Part shown: piece after piece, positions 25,701-37,600 of the stretch
Numbering within the stretch: the first letter of the stretch is position 1
Layout: every line of letters begins with the position of its first letter
Origin: Balanoglossus misakiensis
Taxonomy: Eukaryota; Animalia; Hemichordata
Assembly (NCBI GenBank): GCA_040954595.2
Contig: CM082583.2
Coordinates: forward strand, 590,542-654,541
Length of the DNA: 64,000 bases
Direction: 5' to 3'
Notes under the pieces: model-generated
Seen by the model: the letters and a program-made list of their open reading frames with translations, nothing else
What the model was told of the DNA's origin: nothing
Databases searched by the model: none
Program-made: the position numbers and the translations under genes

Positions 25701-28164
25701 GATCCTGGGTATTCCATGGAACAAGTGTGAGGACACATTAACAATCAGTTTCAAATCATGCCTGAAGAGCAGTGAACCGATCACCAAAAGGAAGATGTTA
25801 GCAGATATCAACACCATTTATGACATACTTGGATGGAGTTCACCAGTCACCATCACTGCGAAGGTAATCTTCAGTGAAGTTTGCCTCCTGCAGTTACACT
25901 GGGATGAGGAAGTTCCAGCTGAGATTCAACGGAAATGGCGGATGTGGATAAAGAGCTTGCGGCAGGCACCAACCATCACCATACCACGCTGTGTGTTCAC
26001 CAACAAGCCAACACATTTTGAGATGCATGGGTTTGCAGATGCCAGCAAGGTAGTAGCATACAACAACTCTACACCGATCAGCCAGAATCTACTTGTGGCT
26101 AAATCAAGAATCGCACCGAAACAAGTCAGCATTCCCAGGTTGGAGTTGGTAGCTGCCCACACATTAGCCAAACTACAGAGTAATGTCAGCAAAGCATTGG
26201 CCGACTTTCCTATTACTGCCTGTTATAGTTGGGTGGACAGCACTACAGTTTTGTACTGGCTGTCCAATCACGGAGAGTGGTCAACGTTTGTGCGCAATCG
26301 AGTCAAGAAGATTGGTGAGCTGACGGAATCCAAGTGGAGATATGTATCAACAGCTGAAAATCCAAGTGACATGGGAACTAGAGGGTCAGCGCCAAGCAGA
26401 CTTGGGGTCATGTGGTTTCATGGACCAAGCTGGCTTTCAAATGACAGGGACAGACCAGTTCAGCCAGAGATTTCAGAGTCAGAGGGAACCATGTCAGAGA
26501 AGAAGTCGACAAAGAGAAGTGAAGTTATGCTACTCCTGGAAGATACTACTCAGGATGATATGAAAGCCTGGGCACAGGTGCTCCTCAGCAAATACAACTT
26601 CTGGAAGCTTCTCCGCATAACGTCATACATGAAGCGTTTCATAGACAGCTGTAAAGGGGTGAGAAGAGTTGGACCACTCACGAAATCTGAGATCGGAGCG
26701 TCAGAGAAGATATGGATCCGAGTGACTCAGCAGACAAATACCATGACCTCTGACCTCACACTGAAGACAGGTCAGGATGGAATACTGAGGTGTTATGGTA
26801 GAGTTCAAGGTTACAACCCTATCTTCATCCCAAGGAAATCAGCCTTAGCGAAGCGTATCGTTGAACATTGCCATCTGCAAACTTTGCATGGGGGAGTGGC
26901 CACAACGATGAGTAAAGTCAGAGAGAAATACTGGATACCGAAACTACGATCTGTTGTCAAATCCATACGACATGGATGTATCTACTGTACGAAGTATCGA
27001 GCGAAGGTGTTGGATGCTCCAACGACAGCGGCACTGCCCACCTTCAGAACCGAATTCACTGAGCCATTTGATGTGACCGGTGTGGATTTTGCAGGTCCAC
27101 TTCTGTACAAAGTTGAGAAGTATGGGACGAACAAGGCGTACATTGCACTGTTCACATGTGCCAGCACCAGAGCTGTACATCTGAAGCTTTGCAGAGACCT
27201 GTCTGCGAATGAATTCAAACGAGGATTGAAAGAATTTGTTGCACGCAGAGGTTCACCGAGTCTTATGGTGAGTGACAATGCCAAGACGTTCATCGCAACC
27301 AAGAATTGGTTGTCTACCTTAGAGAAAGATGAAGATTTGTTCAACTATCTCGCAACGAAGAATATAGAGTGGAAATTCAACATGTCACGTTCTCCATGGT
27401 GGGGTGGTTTCTTTGAAAGACTCATCGGCATCATGAAGAGAAGTCTTTCGAAAGCGATAGGACGAGCACTACTGAAGTTTGAAGAGCTCGAAGAAGTCTT
27501 ACTTGACGTGGAGACTTTCATGAACAACAGGCCACTGTGCTACATGGAGGAAGATTTTGATCAAATGGTGATTACTCCAAACTTGCTGCTGCGTGGACAG
27601 CCAGCACAGTTTCTGGAGGACAGTGTGAGAGATGTAGGTGATTCACAGGATGAGATGAGTAAACGCATGAGGTACCTGAAGACCTGCAGACAAAATGTCC
27701 GTAAACGCTGGCTCAACGAGTACCTTCATGCCTTGCAGGAGCGATGCAGTAAGAAAGTCGAAGCGAAGGAACAGAAGTTGCCGGGAAAGAATTCGATTGT
27801 TCTGCTGAAGGACACAACTAAGAATCGAGCGAATTGGAAAATAGGGCGGATTGTAGATAACATTGTTGGAAAAGATGGAGTGCTACGAGGTTATAAGATA
27901 CAGACCGGTAGCGGCTACGTTGTAGAGAGACCCATCCAGTTGGTGTGTGATCTGGAAGTCGGCGGGGCTGCTGATGAAACCGTGGTGGATGAAAACATCG
28001 GACCAGGAGATGCTGTTCCAGTGATTGACCAGGAGCGCACTCCGACTGAGGAAGGGGACGGAAACCTGATTGGCCAAGATTTCAGACGCCCGGCTCGGCG
28101 AGCGAAGACTGCAGCAGTAGATCGTCTAGTTGGGGTTATTGCTAATGAGAACGAAGATGACTAG
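22747..28164 (+). CDS. BEL/Pao Gag-Pol polyprotein (~1805 aa): Gag with three Cys/His knuckles, aspartic protease, RT, RNase H, integrase
   Basis: Uninterrupted ORF (first ATG 22747; the track start at 22726 is TTG). Motifs: KLQKYTITPFCGDYKDWLRFWNQF (DUF1759-like); CVYC..H..C, CFNC..H..C and CRNC..HH..C; MFDTGAGSSY; GDIQKAF, FGATSSP and YVDD; HGFADAS, IPRLEL, WVDS and ENPSD; H..H..CIYC, GVDFAGP, SDNA and WWGGFFERL; C-terminal RWLNEYL..RPIQLVCDLE. Domain order is PR-RT-RH-IN. Confidence 0.97.
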   Translation: MAFTEERFKRQLTIAEFKLEEIVELSKSEDTSDVTMAYEQIGELIKRLEKSKDDTTEHLLESGSDLEYVKQWTTLQKGVIQSFREARLSIRKQMDEAIERDTQTKLEKELHIQRQINEEQSRFRLQQQQEMEEAAARQHRREEEWYMQKLDFEKQIEASHAEHIHVDHRENVTPVNTTQSVKLQKYTITPFCGDYKDWLRFWNQFTVEVDGSNLSEISKFNYLLELVKEKPREDILGLPHTADGYQEAKKILVQTYGKDIKVHKSLIKELEELPTVTSIHKLYEIHDFYNKLARIVRTLITMKKLTTAQSSVYTLMDKLGPVREVLVQKDDNWEEWGLEELVENLRKYVERNPLKVGDDKNGKKDDRHTPSKKKEKLLLGNNGDSKQGPGRKSRCVYCSSEDHSSNGCVKVLDVATKRAILRRNRMCFNCTGVGHRAVDCRSRGCRNCTGKHHTSICDKEKSTLDAPETTKMEKGLSTTMEHANTLHPTVIARVGTETVRVMFDTGAGSSYICSDLITKMQMKPVKTEQRCIEQMYGTVRKTVEVYSVTIQSAAVEGFSFDVECVNAEKGILTYLPNPNIPALKKRFRRFRRLHFSEEETTDDQIPVHIIIGAADYQRIRTTEPLVLGTYPDKDPGAEFTMLGWTVSGRHSAIGSQTEKQFFLRSSQEEFEKLCSLDVLGITDTDTKESGTIHEEFKKQLDRSESGHYETKLPWKEDHMPLPTNKRLCTARLYSTTKKLERMGRLDEYDEIMREQINMGIIEPVPIHQTGEVIHYVPHQAVIREKAETTKMRIVYDCSARANIRSPSLNDCLETGPSLQPLLFDIMVRNRMRKFCITGDIQKAFLQIRVHEQDRDALRVLWYNNLQDRKVTEYRFTRVIFGATSSPYILGVTLQKHIESYKEEYPTTAQTLLDDTYVDDIQGGGDTEDDVAAFKEESTEILSKGGFSLHKWHSNVTHLNSEENNKRGEEQETTSPVRSTSSDDTKILGIPWNKCEDTLTISFKSCLKSSEPITKRKMLADINTIYDILGWSSPVTITAKVIFSEVCLLQLHWDEEVPAEIQRKWRMWIKSLRQAPTITIPRCVFTNKPTHFEMHGFADASKVVAYNNSTPISQNLLVAKSRIAPKQVSIPRLELVAAHTLAKLQSNVSKALADFPITACYSWVDSTTVLYWLSNHGEWSTFVRNRVKKIGELTESKWRYVSTAENPSDMGTRGSAPSRLGVMWFHGPSWLSNDRDRPVQPEISESEGTMSEKKSTKRSEVMLLLEDTTQDDMKAWAQVLLSKYNFWKLLRITSYMKRFIDSCKGVRRVGPLTKSEIGASEKIWIRVTQQTNTMTSDLTLKTGQDGILRCYGRVQGYNPIFIPRKSALAKRIVEHCHLQTLHGGVATTMSKVREKYWIPKLRSVVKSIRHGCIYCTKYRAKVLDAPTTAALPTFRTEFTEPFDVTGVDFAGPLLYKVEKYGTNKAYIALFTCASTRAVHLKLCRDLSANEFKRGLKEFVARRGSPSLMVSDNAKTFIATKNWLSTLEKDEDLFNYLATKNIEWKFNMSRSPWWGGFFERLIGIMKRSLSKAIGRALLKFEELEEVLLDVETFMNNRPLCYMEEDFDQMVITPNLLLRGQPAQFLEDSVRDVGDSQDEMSKRMRYLKTCRQNVRKRWLNEYLHALQERCSKKVEAKEQKLPGKNSIVLLKDTTKNRANWKIGRIVDNIVGKDGVLRGYKIQTGSGYVVERPIQLVCDLEVGGAADETVVDENIGPGDAVPVIDQERTPTEEGDGNLIGQDFRRPARRAKTAAVDRLVGVIANENEDD

Positions 28165-28198
28165 AAAACCTTGATATTAAAGTTGAAATAACTTTAAT

Positions 28199-28208
28199 AG
28201 GGGGAGGG
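28199..28208 (+). promoter_or_regulatory. Polypurine tract
   Basis: AGGGGGAGGG directly abuts the TG of the 3' LTR. Confidence 0.92.
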
Positions 28209-28618
28209 TGTGGGAAAACATGCGGGTTTTGATGACGGCATGACTATTATTAGCTCAGTGATGACCTTTGCCGTCTTGTTTTTGAACTACACTGAACGTT
28301 TATTGTTGTTTTCATGTGTTTATTTTGTTCAGAAAATTTAGTTTTTACGTAGGAACATTACTGACTTTTTCCGGACATTGATTTCCGTGATTCCGTGCAA
28401 CATTTCGAACTCTGAGTTAAGAACATTCTCGATTTCCCATCATGCTTTGATGTTCATCATGGAAGCCATGCCAAATACAATTTATTGATGCGTTGTCTGT
28501 TAAATTGCGAGTTTTAACGCAATAAACCTGTGTTATTCTGTGAACGGGAGTAGCGGTGAGTTTCTTCAGTGTCCCTGGGAATGAGCGGCGGCCAAATCGT
28601 AAGAAAATATTCCCCACA
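28209..28618 (+). repeat. 3' LTR (410 bp)
   Basis: Direct repeat of 22156-22565, preceded by a polypurine tract. The putative poly(A) signal AATAAA is at 28521-28526. Confidence 0.97.
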
Positions 28619-31600
28619 GCACCATTTTTACATATAATGGAAATTTCATACATCATCAGATATCCAAATATGAAAAAATGATTTAGATTTTAGATGATTG
28701 TCCAAAATTAGCTGATATCTAATAAATGTAGTATTGAACCGTTCTGTCCCCCCCCCCCTTACATTATATGCGGTACGCCGATGTCAGCTTACCCGGCAGT
28801 ACTGTAGGCCGTGCCCCCAACAAACGTCGGTGCTTGAAACGCCCTGGTTAAATTCGGGCTCTCTCTATAAATCGACAGGCAATAATGCAGTCCTACCGGA
28901 ACAAATGTCAAGTGTTGAACCGCTGTGACTTTCCCTGTTCGGTTTGCCCGACTTAGCCAACGTCTTTGTACTAGAGTGACGGGTCTTTTGCAGAGCCAGG
29001 CCGAAGGAAATCCGACTTGATCACCGTTGCTAACGAACGCTAGTGTCTGTCATGGTGTGCCGGGGTTTTAGTCGAGCCAGGCCGTTGGAGATCTGACTTG
29101 ATCATCGTGGTCAATGTACGCGTGTTTCCGCTCTAAAGTGCCGGGGCTTCAGCTAAACCAGGCCGTAGGAAATCCGACGTAATCACCGTTGATAACTTAC
29201 GCCAGTCTGTGTCATATAGAGCCGGTGCACCAGCCGAGTCACGCCGTAGGAAATCTGACTTGATCAACGTGGTCAATGTACGCCTGTTTCTGCTCTAGAG
29301 TGCCGGGGCTTCAGCTGAGCCAGGCCGTAGGAAACCCGACGTGATTACCGTTGTTAACTTACGCCAGTCTGTGTCCTATATATAGTGCCGGGGCATCAGC
29401 CATGCCAGGCCGAAGGAAATGTGAGAAGATCAACGTGGTCTCTGTACGCGTGTTTCTGCTCTAGAGTGCCAGGGCTTTAGCTAAGCCATGCCGTAGGAAA
29501 TCTGACTTGATCAAAGTTGCTAACGAACGCTAGTGTCTGTCATAGTGTGCCGGGGTTTTAGTCGAGCCAAGCCGTAGGAGATCAGACTTGATCAACGTGG
29601 TCTCTGTACGCGTGTTAGTGCTCTAGAGTGCCGGGGCTTTATCCAAGCCATGCCGTAGAAAATCTGACTTGATCACCGTTGCTAACGTACGCTAGTGTCT
29701 GTCATATTGTGACGGAGATTTAGCCGAGCCAGGTCGTAGAAAAATCGACTTGTTCAACGTTACCAGTGTGCAACTGTTTCTGCTCTAGAGTGTCAGGGTT
29801 TTAGCCGACTTATGCTGTAGGAAATCTGAGTTGATGAACGGGAATTCAATGTTAGAAAACCCGTGTGGAAAGTATCTCTACCCGTTTGAAACTATGAAAA
29901 GAATTTATTCTTATTTATTTTGTAAAAAAAGACAATTTTTCGAAAAAAAGTTGAAAATGGTAATTTTGTCTTGGGTGATTCAAATTATACCGCCTTTTCT
30001 GCAATTTGCAGCACTTTTTGCAAGAGAACGACACTTCATGCTCCATAATATTTCCGAAAATGAAGAAAAGAGTTAATTTTTTATGATTTTTCAAATATTT
30101 ACCATTTTTGTCAAAATATGGCCAAAATGGCTATTTTTCTTGAATTCCGTCAATATCTCTGCATTTTTGGAGTGGTCGAGAGTTTTAACATACAATCAAC
30201 ATGTCATATATGATCAGGGCACCAAATTCGAAGAACAAAGGTTTTTTTTATTTTTTTTTCTAAAAATGACATTTTCAAGGAAAATTTGGTAAAACGCAAT
30301 TTTGTCTGCAGTGAGCCAAATTAGACGGTCTTTTGTGGAATTTGTATCGATATATACATACGAAGAGCATTCTATACTCCATCAGATTTCCGAAAATGTA
30401 GAAAACAGGTATTTTTTGTAATTTTCAAAAATTTACCATTTTGACCAAATTGTGGCTAAAATTGTTATTTTCGTGTTGAATGCCGCCAGTGTCACTGCTT
30501 TTAAAAGTCATAAAAACTTTTAACATACAAGCAATTGTTTATATATGATCAGGTCACCGAATTAAAAAAATAAAGAATGTTTTGCCTAAAAATGACCTTT
30601 TTGGTGCAAAAACGAATAAAACGCAATTTTGTATTAAATCAGCTCATTCAGAGTGCATTTTTATAATCAGCACCATTTTTACATATAATGGAAATTTCAT
30701 ACATCATCAGATATCCAAATATGAAAAAATGATTTAGATTTTAGATGATTGTCCAAAATTAGCTGATATCTGATAAATGTAGTATTGAACCGTTCTGTTT
30801 CTCCCCCCCCCCCTACATTATATGCGGTACGCCGATGTCACCTTACCCGGCAGTACTGCAGGCCGTGCCCCCAACTAACGTCGGTGTTTGAAGCGCCCTG
30901 GTTAAATTCGGGCTTTGTCTATAAATTAACAGGCAATAATGCAGTCCTACCCGAACAAATGTCGAGTGTTGACCCGCTGTGACTTTCCCTCTTCGGTTTG
31001 CCCGACTTAGCCAACGTCTTTGTACTAGAGGGTCGGGTCTTTTGCCGAGCCAGGCCGAAGGAAATCAGACTTGATCACCGTTGCTAACGAACGCTAGTGT
31101 CTGTCATGGTGTGCCGGGGTTTTAGTCGAACCAGGCCGTAGGAAATCTGACTTGATCAACGTGGTCAATGTACGCCTGTTTCTGCTCTAGAGTGCAGGGG
31201 CTTCAGCTGATCCAGGCCGTAGGAAACCCGACGTGATTACCGTTGTTAACTTACGCCAGTCTGTGTCCTATATATAGTGCGGGGCATCAGCCGTGCCAGG
31301 CCTAAGGAAATGTGAGTAGATCAATGTGGTCTCTGTACGCGTGTTTCTGCTCTAGAATGCCAGGGCTTTAGCCAAGCCATGCCGTAGGAAATCTGACTTG
31401 ATCAACGTTGCTAACGAACGCTAGTGTCTGTCATAGTGTGCCGGGGTTTTAGTCGAGCCAAGCCGTAGGAGATCTGACTTGATCATCGTGGTCAATGTAC
31501 GCGTGTTTCCGCTCTAAAGTGCCGGGGCTTGAGCTAAACCAGGCCGTAGGAAATCCGACGTAATCACCGTTGATAACTTATGCCAGTCTGTGTCATATAG

Positions 31601-34600
31601 AGCCGGTGCACCAGCGGAGTCACGCCGTAGGACATCTGACTTGATCAACGTGGTCAATGTACGCCTGTTTCTGCTCTAGAGTGCCGGGGCTTCAGCTGAG
31701 CCAGGCCGTAGGAAACCCGACGTGATTACCGTTGTTAACTTACGCCAGTCTGTGTCCTATATATAGTGCCGGGGCATCAGCTGTGCCAGGCCGAAGGAAA
31801 TGGGAGTAGATCAACGTGGTCTCTGTACGCGTGTTTCTGCTCTAGAGTGCCAGGGCTTTAGCCAAGCCATGCCGTAGGAAATCTGACTTGATCAACGTTG
31901 CTAACGAACGCTAGTGTCTGTCATAGTGTGCCGGGGTTTTAGTCGAGCCAAGCCGTAGGAGATCAGACTTGATCAACGTGGTCTCTGTACGCGTGTTTCT
32001 GCTCTAGAGTGCCGGGGCTTTATCCCAGCCATGCCGTAGAAAATCTGACTTGATCACCGTTGCTAACGTGCGCTAGTGTCTGTCATATTGTGACGGAGAT
32101 TTAGCCGAGCCAGGCCGTAGAAAAATCGACTTGTTCAACGTTACCAGTGTGCAACTGTTTCTGCTCTAGAGTGTCAGGGTTTTAGCCGACTTATGCTGTA
32201 GGAAATCTGAGTTGATGAATGGGAATTCAATGTTAAAAAACCTGTGTGGAAAGTGTCTCTACCCTTTTGAAACTAAGAAAATAATTTATTCTTATTTATT
32301 TCGTAAAAATCACAATTTTTCGAAAAAAAGTCGAAAATGGTAATTTTGTCATGGGTGATTCAAATTATACCGCCTTTTCTGGAATTTGCAGCACTTTTTA
32401 CAAGAGAACGACACTTCATGCTCCATAATATTTCCGAAAATGAAGAAAAGAGTTAATTTTTTATGATTGTTTAAAAATTTACCATTTTTGTCAAAATATG
32501 GCCAAAATGGCTATTTTTCTTGAATTCCGTCAATATCTCTGCATTTTTGGAGTGGTCGAGAGTTTTAACATACAATCAACATGTCATATATGATCAGGGC
32601 ACCAAATTCGAAGAACAAAGGTTTTTTTATTTTTTTTTCTAAAAATGACATTTTCAAGGAAAATTTGGTAAAACGCAATTTTGTCTGCAGTGAGCCAAAT
32701 TAGACGGTCTTTTGTGGAATTTGTACCGATATATACATACGAAGAGCATTCTATACTCCATCAGATTTCCGAAAATGTAGAAAACAGGTATTTTTTGTAA
32801 TTTTCAAAAATTTACCATTTTGACCAAATTGTGGCTAAAATTGTTATTTTCGTGATGAATGCCGCCAGTGTCACTGCTTTTAAAAGTCATAAAAACTTTT
32901 AACATACAAGCAATTGTTTATATATGATCAGGTCACCGAATTAAAAATATAAAGAATGTTTTGCCTAAAAATGACCTTTTTGGTGCAAAAACGAATAAAA
33001 CGCAATCTTGTATTAAATCAGTTCATTCAGAGTGCATGTTTTATAATAAGCACCATTTTTACATATAATGGAAATTTCATATATCATCAGATATCCAAAT
33101 ATGAAAAAATGATTTAGATTTTAGATGATTGTCCAAAATTAGCTGATATCTAATAAATGTAGTATTGAACCGTTCTGTCCCCCCCCCCTTACATTATATG
33201 CGGTACGCCGATGTCAGCTTACCCGGCAGTACTGCAGGCCGTGCCCCCAACTAACGTCGGTGTTTGGAACGCCCTGGTTAAATTCGGGCTTTCTCTATAA
33301 ATTGACAAGCAATAATGCAGTCCTACCCGAACAAATGTCGAGTGTTGACCCGCTGTGACTTTCCCTCTTCGGTTTGCCCGACTTAGCCAACGTCTTTGTA
33401 CTAGAGTGTCGGGTCTTTTGCAGAGCCAGGCCGAAGGAAATCCGACTTGATCACCGTTGCTAACGAACGCTAGTGTCTGTCATGGTGTGCCGGGGTTTTA
33501 GTCGAGCCAGGCCGTAGGAGATCTGACTTGATCATCGTGGTCAATGTACGCGTGTTTCCGCTCTAAAGTGCCGGGGCTTTAGCTAAACCAGGCCGTAGGA
33601 AATCCGACGTAATCACCGTTGATAACTTACGCCAGTCTGTGTCATATAGAGCCGGGGCACCAGCCGAGTCACGCCGTAGGAAATCTGACTTGATCAACGT
33701 GGTCAATGTACGCCTGTTTCTGCTCTAGAGTGCCGGGGCTTCAGCTGAGCCAGGCCGTAGGAAACCCGACGTGATTACCGTTGTAAACTTACGCCAGTCT
33801 GTGTCCTATATATAGTGCCGGGGCATCAGCCGTGCCAGGCCGAAGGAAATGTGAGTAGATCAACGTGGTCTCTGTACGCGTGTTTCTGCTCTAGAGTGTC
33901 AGGGCTTTAGCAAAGCCATGCCGTAGGAAATCTGACTTGATCAACGTTGTTAACGAACGCTAGTGTCTGTCATAGTGTGCCGGGGTTTTAGTCGAGCCAA
34001 GCCGTAGGAGATCAGACTTGATCAACGTGGTCTCTGTACGCGTGTTTCTGCTCTAGAGTGCCGGGGCTTTATCCAACCTATGCCGTTGAAAATCTGACTT
34101 GATCACCGTTGCTAACGTACGCTAGTGTCTGTCATATTGTGACGAGATTTAGCCGAGCCAGGCCGTAGAAAAATCAACTTGTTCAACGTTATCAGTGTGC
34201 AACTGTTTCTGCTCTAGAGTGTCAGGGTTTTAGCCGACTTATGCTGTAGGAAATCTGAGTTGATGAACGGGAATTCAATGTTAGAAAACCCGTGTGGAAA
34301 GTATCTCTACCCGTTTGAAACTAAGAAAAGAATTTATTCTTGTTTATTTTTTAAAAAAGACAATTTTTCGAAAACAAGTCGAAAATGGTAATTTTGTCTT
34401 GGGTGATTCAATTTATACCACATTTTCTGGAATTTGCAGCACTTTTTACAAGAGAACGACACTTCATGCTCCATAATATTTCCGAAAATGAAGAAAAGAG
34501 TTTATTTTTTATGATTTTTTAAAAATGTACCATTTTGTCAAAATATGGCCAAAATGGCTATTTTTTCTTGAATTCCGTCAATATCTCTGCATTTTTGGAG

Positions 34601-37600
34601 TGGTCGAAAATTTTAACATACAATCAACATGTCATATATGATCAGGGCACCAAATTCGAAGAACGAAGGTTTTTTTATTTTATTTTTCTAAAAATGACAT
34701 TTTCAAGAAAAATTTGGTAAAACGCAATTTTGTCTGCAGTGAGCCAAATTAGACGGTCTTTTGTGGAATTTGTATCGATATATATATACGAAGAGCATTC
34801 TATACTCCATCAGATTTCCGAAAATGTAGAAAACAGGTATTTTTTGTAATTTTCAAAAATTTACCATTTTGACCAAATTGTGGTTAAAATTGTTATTTTC
34901 GTGTTGAATGCCGCCAGTGTCACTGCTTTTAAAAGTCATAAAAACTTTTAACATGAAAGCAATTGCTTATATATGATCAGGCCACCGAATTAAAAAAATA
35001 AAGAATGTTTTGCCTAAAAATGACCTTTTTGGTGCAAAAACGAATAAAACGCAATTTTGTATTAAATCAGCTCATTCAGAGTGCATTTTTTATAATCAGC
35101 ACCATTTTTACATATATTGGAAATTTCATACATCATCAGATATCCAAATATGAAAAAATGATTTAGATTTTAGATGATTGTCCAAAATTAGCTGATATCT
35201 AATAAATGTAGTATTGAACCATTCTGTCCCCCCCCCCCCCTACATTATATGCGGTACGCCGATGTCAGCTTACCCGGCAGTACTGCAGGCCGTGCCCCCA
35301 AATAACGTCGGTGTTTGAAACGCCCTGGTTAAATTCGGGCTTTCTCTATAAATTGACAGGCAATAATGCAGTCCTACCCGAACAAATGTCGAGTGTTGAC
35401 CCGCTGTGACTTTCCCTCTTCGGTTTGCCCGACTTAGCCAGCGTCTTTGTACTAATGTGTCGGGTCTTTTGCAGAGCCAGGCCGAAGGAAATCCGACTTG
35501 ATCACCGTTGCTAACGAACGCTAGTGTCTGTCATGGTGTGCCGGGGTTTTAGAAGAGCCAGGCCGTAGGAGATCTGACTTGATCATCGTGGTCAATGTAC
35601 GCGTGTTTCCGCTCTAAAGTGCCGGGGCTTCAGCTAAACCATGCCGTAGGAAATCCGACGTAATCACCGTTGATAACTTACGCCAGTCTGTGTCATATAG
35701 AGCCGGTGCACCAGCCGAATCACGCCGTAGGAAATCTGACTTGATCAACGTGGTCAATGTACGCCTGTTTCTGCTCTAGAGTGCCGGGGCTTCAGCTGAG
35801 CCGGGCCGTAGGAAACCCGACGTGATTACCGTTGTTAACTTACGCCAGTCTGTGTCCTATATATAGTGCCGGGGCATCAGCCGTGCCAGGCCGAAGGAAA
35901 TGTGAGTAGATCAACGTGGTCTCTGTACGCGTGTTTCTGCTCTAGAGTGCCGGGGCTTTATCCAAGCCATGCCGTAGAAAATCTGACTTGATCACCGTTG
36001 CTAACGTACGATAGTGTCTGTCATAGTGTGCCGGGGTTTTAGTCGAGCCAAGCCGTAGGAGATCAGACTTGATCAACGTGGTCTCTGTACGCGTGTTTCT
36101 GCTCTAGAGTGCCGGGGCTTTATCCGAGCTATGCCGTAGAAAATCTGACTTGATCACCGTTGCTAACTTACGCTAGTGTCTGTCATATTGTGACGGAGAT
36201 TTAGCCGAGCCAGGCCGTAGAAAAATCGACTTGTTCAACGTTACCAGTGTGCAACTGTTTCTGCTCTAGAGTGTCAGGGTTTTAGCCGACTTGTGCTGTA
36301 GGAAATCTGAGTTGATGAACGGGAATTCAATGTTAGAAAACCCGTGTGTAAAGTATCTCTACCCGTTTGAAACTAAGAAAAGAATTTATTCTTATTTATT
36401 TTGTAAAACAAGACAATTTTTCGAAAAAAAGTCGAAAATGGTAATTTTGTCTTGGGTGATTCAAATTATACCACATTTTCTGGAATTTGCAGCACTTTTT
36501 ACAAGAGAACGACACTTCATGCTCCATAATATTTCCGAAAATGAAGAAAAGAGTTTATTTTTTATGATTTTTTAAAAATGTACCATTTTGTCAAAATATG
36601 GCCAAAATGGCTATTTTTTCTTGAATTCCGTCAATATCTCTGCATTTTTGGAGTGGTCGAAAGTTTTAACATACAATCAACATGTCATATATGATCAGGG
36701 CACCAAATTCGAAGAACGAAGGTTTTTTTATTTTATTTTTCTAAAAATGACATTTTCAAGGAAAATTTGGTAAAACGCAATTTTGTCTGCAGTGAGCCAA
36801 ATTAGACGGTCTTTTGTGGAATTTGTATCGATATATATATACGAAGAGCATTCTATACTCCATCAGATTTCCGAAAATGTAGAAAACAGGTATTTTTTGT
36901 AATTTTCAAAAATTTACCATTTTGACCAAATTGTGGTTAAAATTGTTATTTTCGTGTTGAATGCCGCCAGTGTCACTGCTTTTAAAAGTCATAAAAACTT
37001 TTAACATGCAAGCAATTGCTTATATATGATCAGGCCACCGAATTAAAAAAATAAAGAATGTTTTGCCTAAAAATGACCTTTTTGGTGCAAAAACGAATAA
37101 AACGCAATTTTGTATTAAATCAGCTCATTCAGAGTGCATTTTTTATAATCAGCACCATTTTTACATATATTGAAAATTTCATACATCATCAGATATCCAA
37201 ATATGAAAAAATGATTTAGATTTTAGATGATTGTCCAAAATTAGCTGATATCTAATAAATGTAGTATTGAACCGTTCTGTCCCCCCCCCCCCTACATTAT
37301 ATGCGGTACGCCGATGTCAGCTTACCCGGCAGTACTGCAGGCCGTGCCCCCAAATAACGTCGGTGTTTGAAACGCCCTGGTTAAATTGGGGCTTTCTCTA
37401 TAAATTGACAGGCAATAATGCAGTCCTACCCGAACAAATGTCGAGTGTTGACCCGCTGTGACTTTCCCTCTTCGGTTTGCCCGACTTAGCCAGCGTCTTT
37501 GTACTAATGTGTCGGGTCTTTTGCAGAGCCAGGCCGAAGGAAATCCGACTTGATCACCGTTGCTAACGAACGCTAGTGTCTGTCATGGTGTGCCGGGGTT

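Larger units (their letters stand above)
22156..28618 (+). mobile_element. Full-length BEL/Pao LTR retrotransposon (6463 bp)
   Basis: Two 410-bp direct repeats with TGTGGG...CCCACA termini, PBS, PPT, a single gag-pol ORF with Pao-type domains, and duplicated target GCAC (empty site ATAATCAGCACCATTTT in other units). Confidence 0.98.

Noticed and set aside
22364-28656. Antisense and alternate-frame ORFs within the LTR element
   Set aside because: These are short shadows of the gag-pol frame or LTR with no motifs. There is no room for an env gene, as only 44 bp lie between the stop and the 3' LTR.
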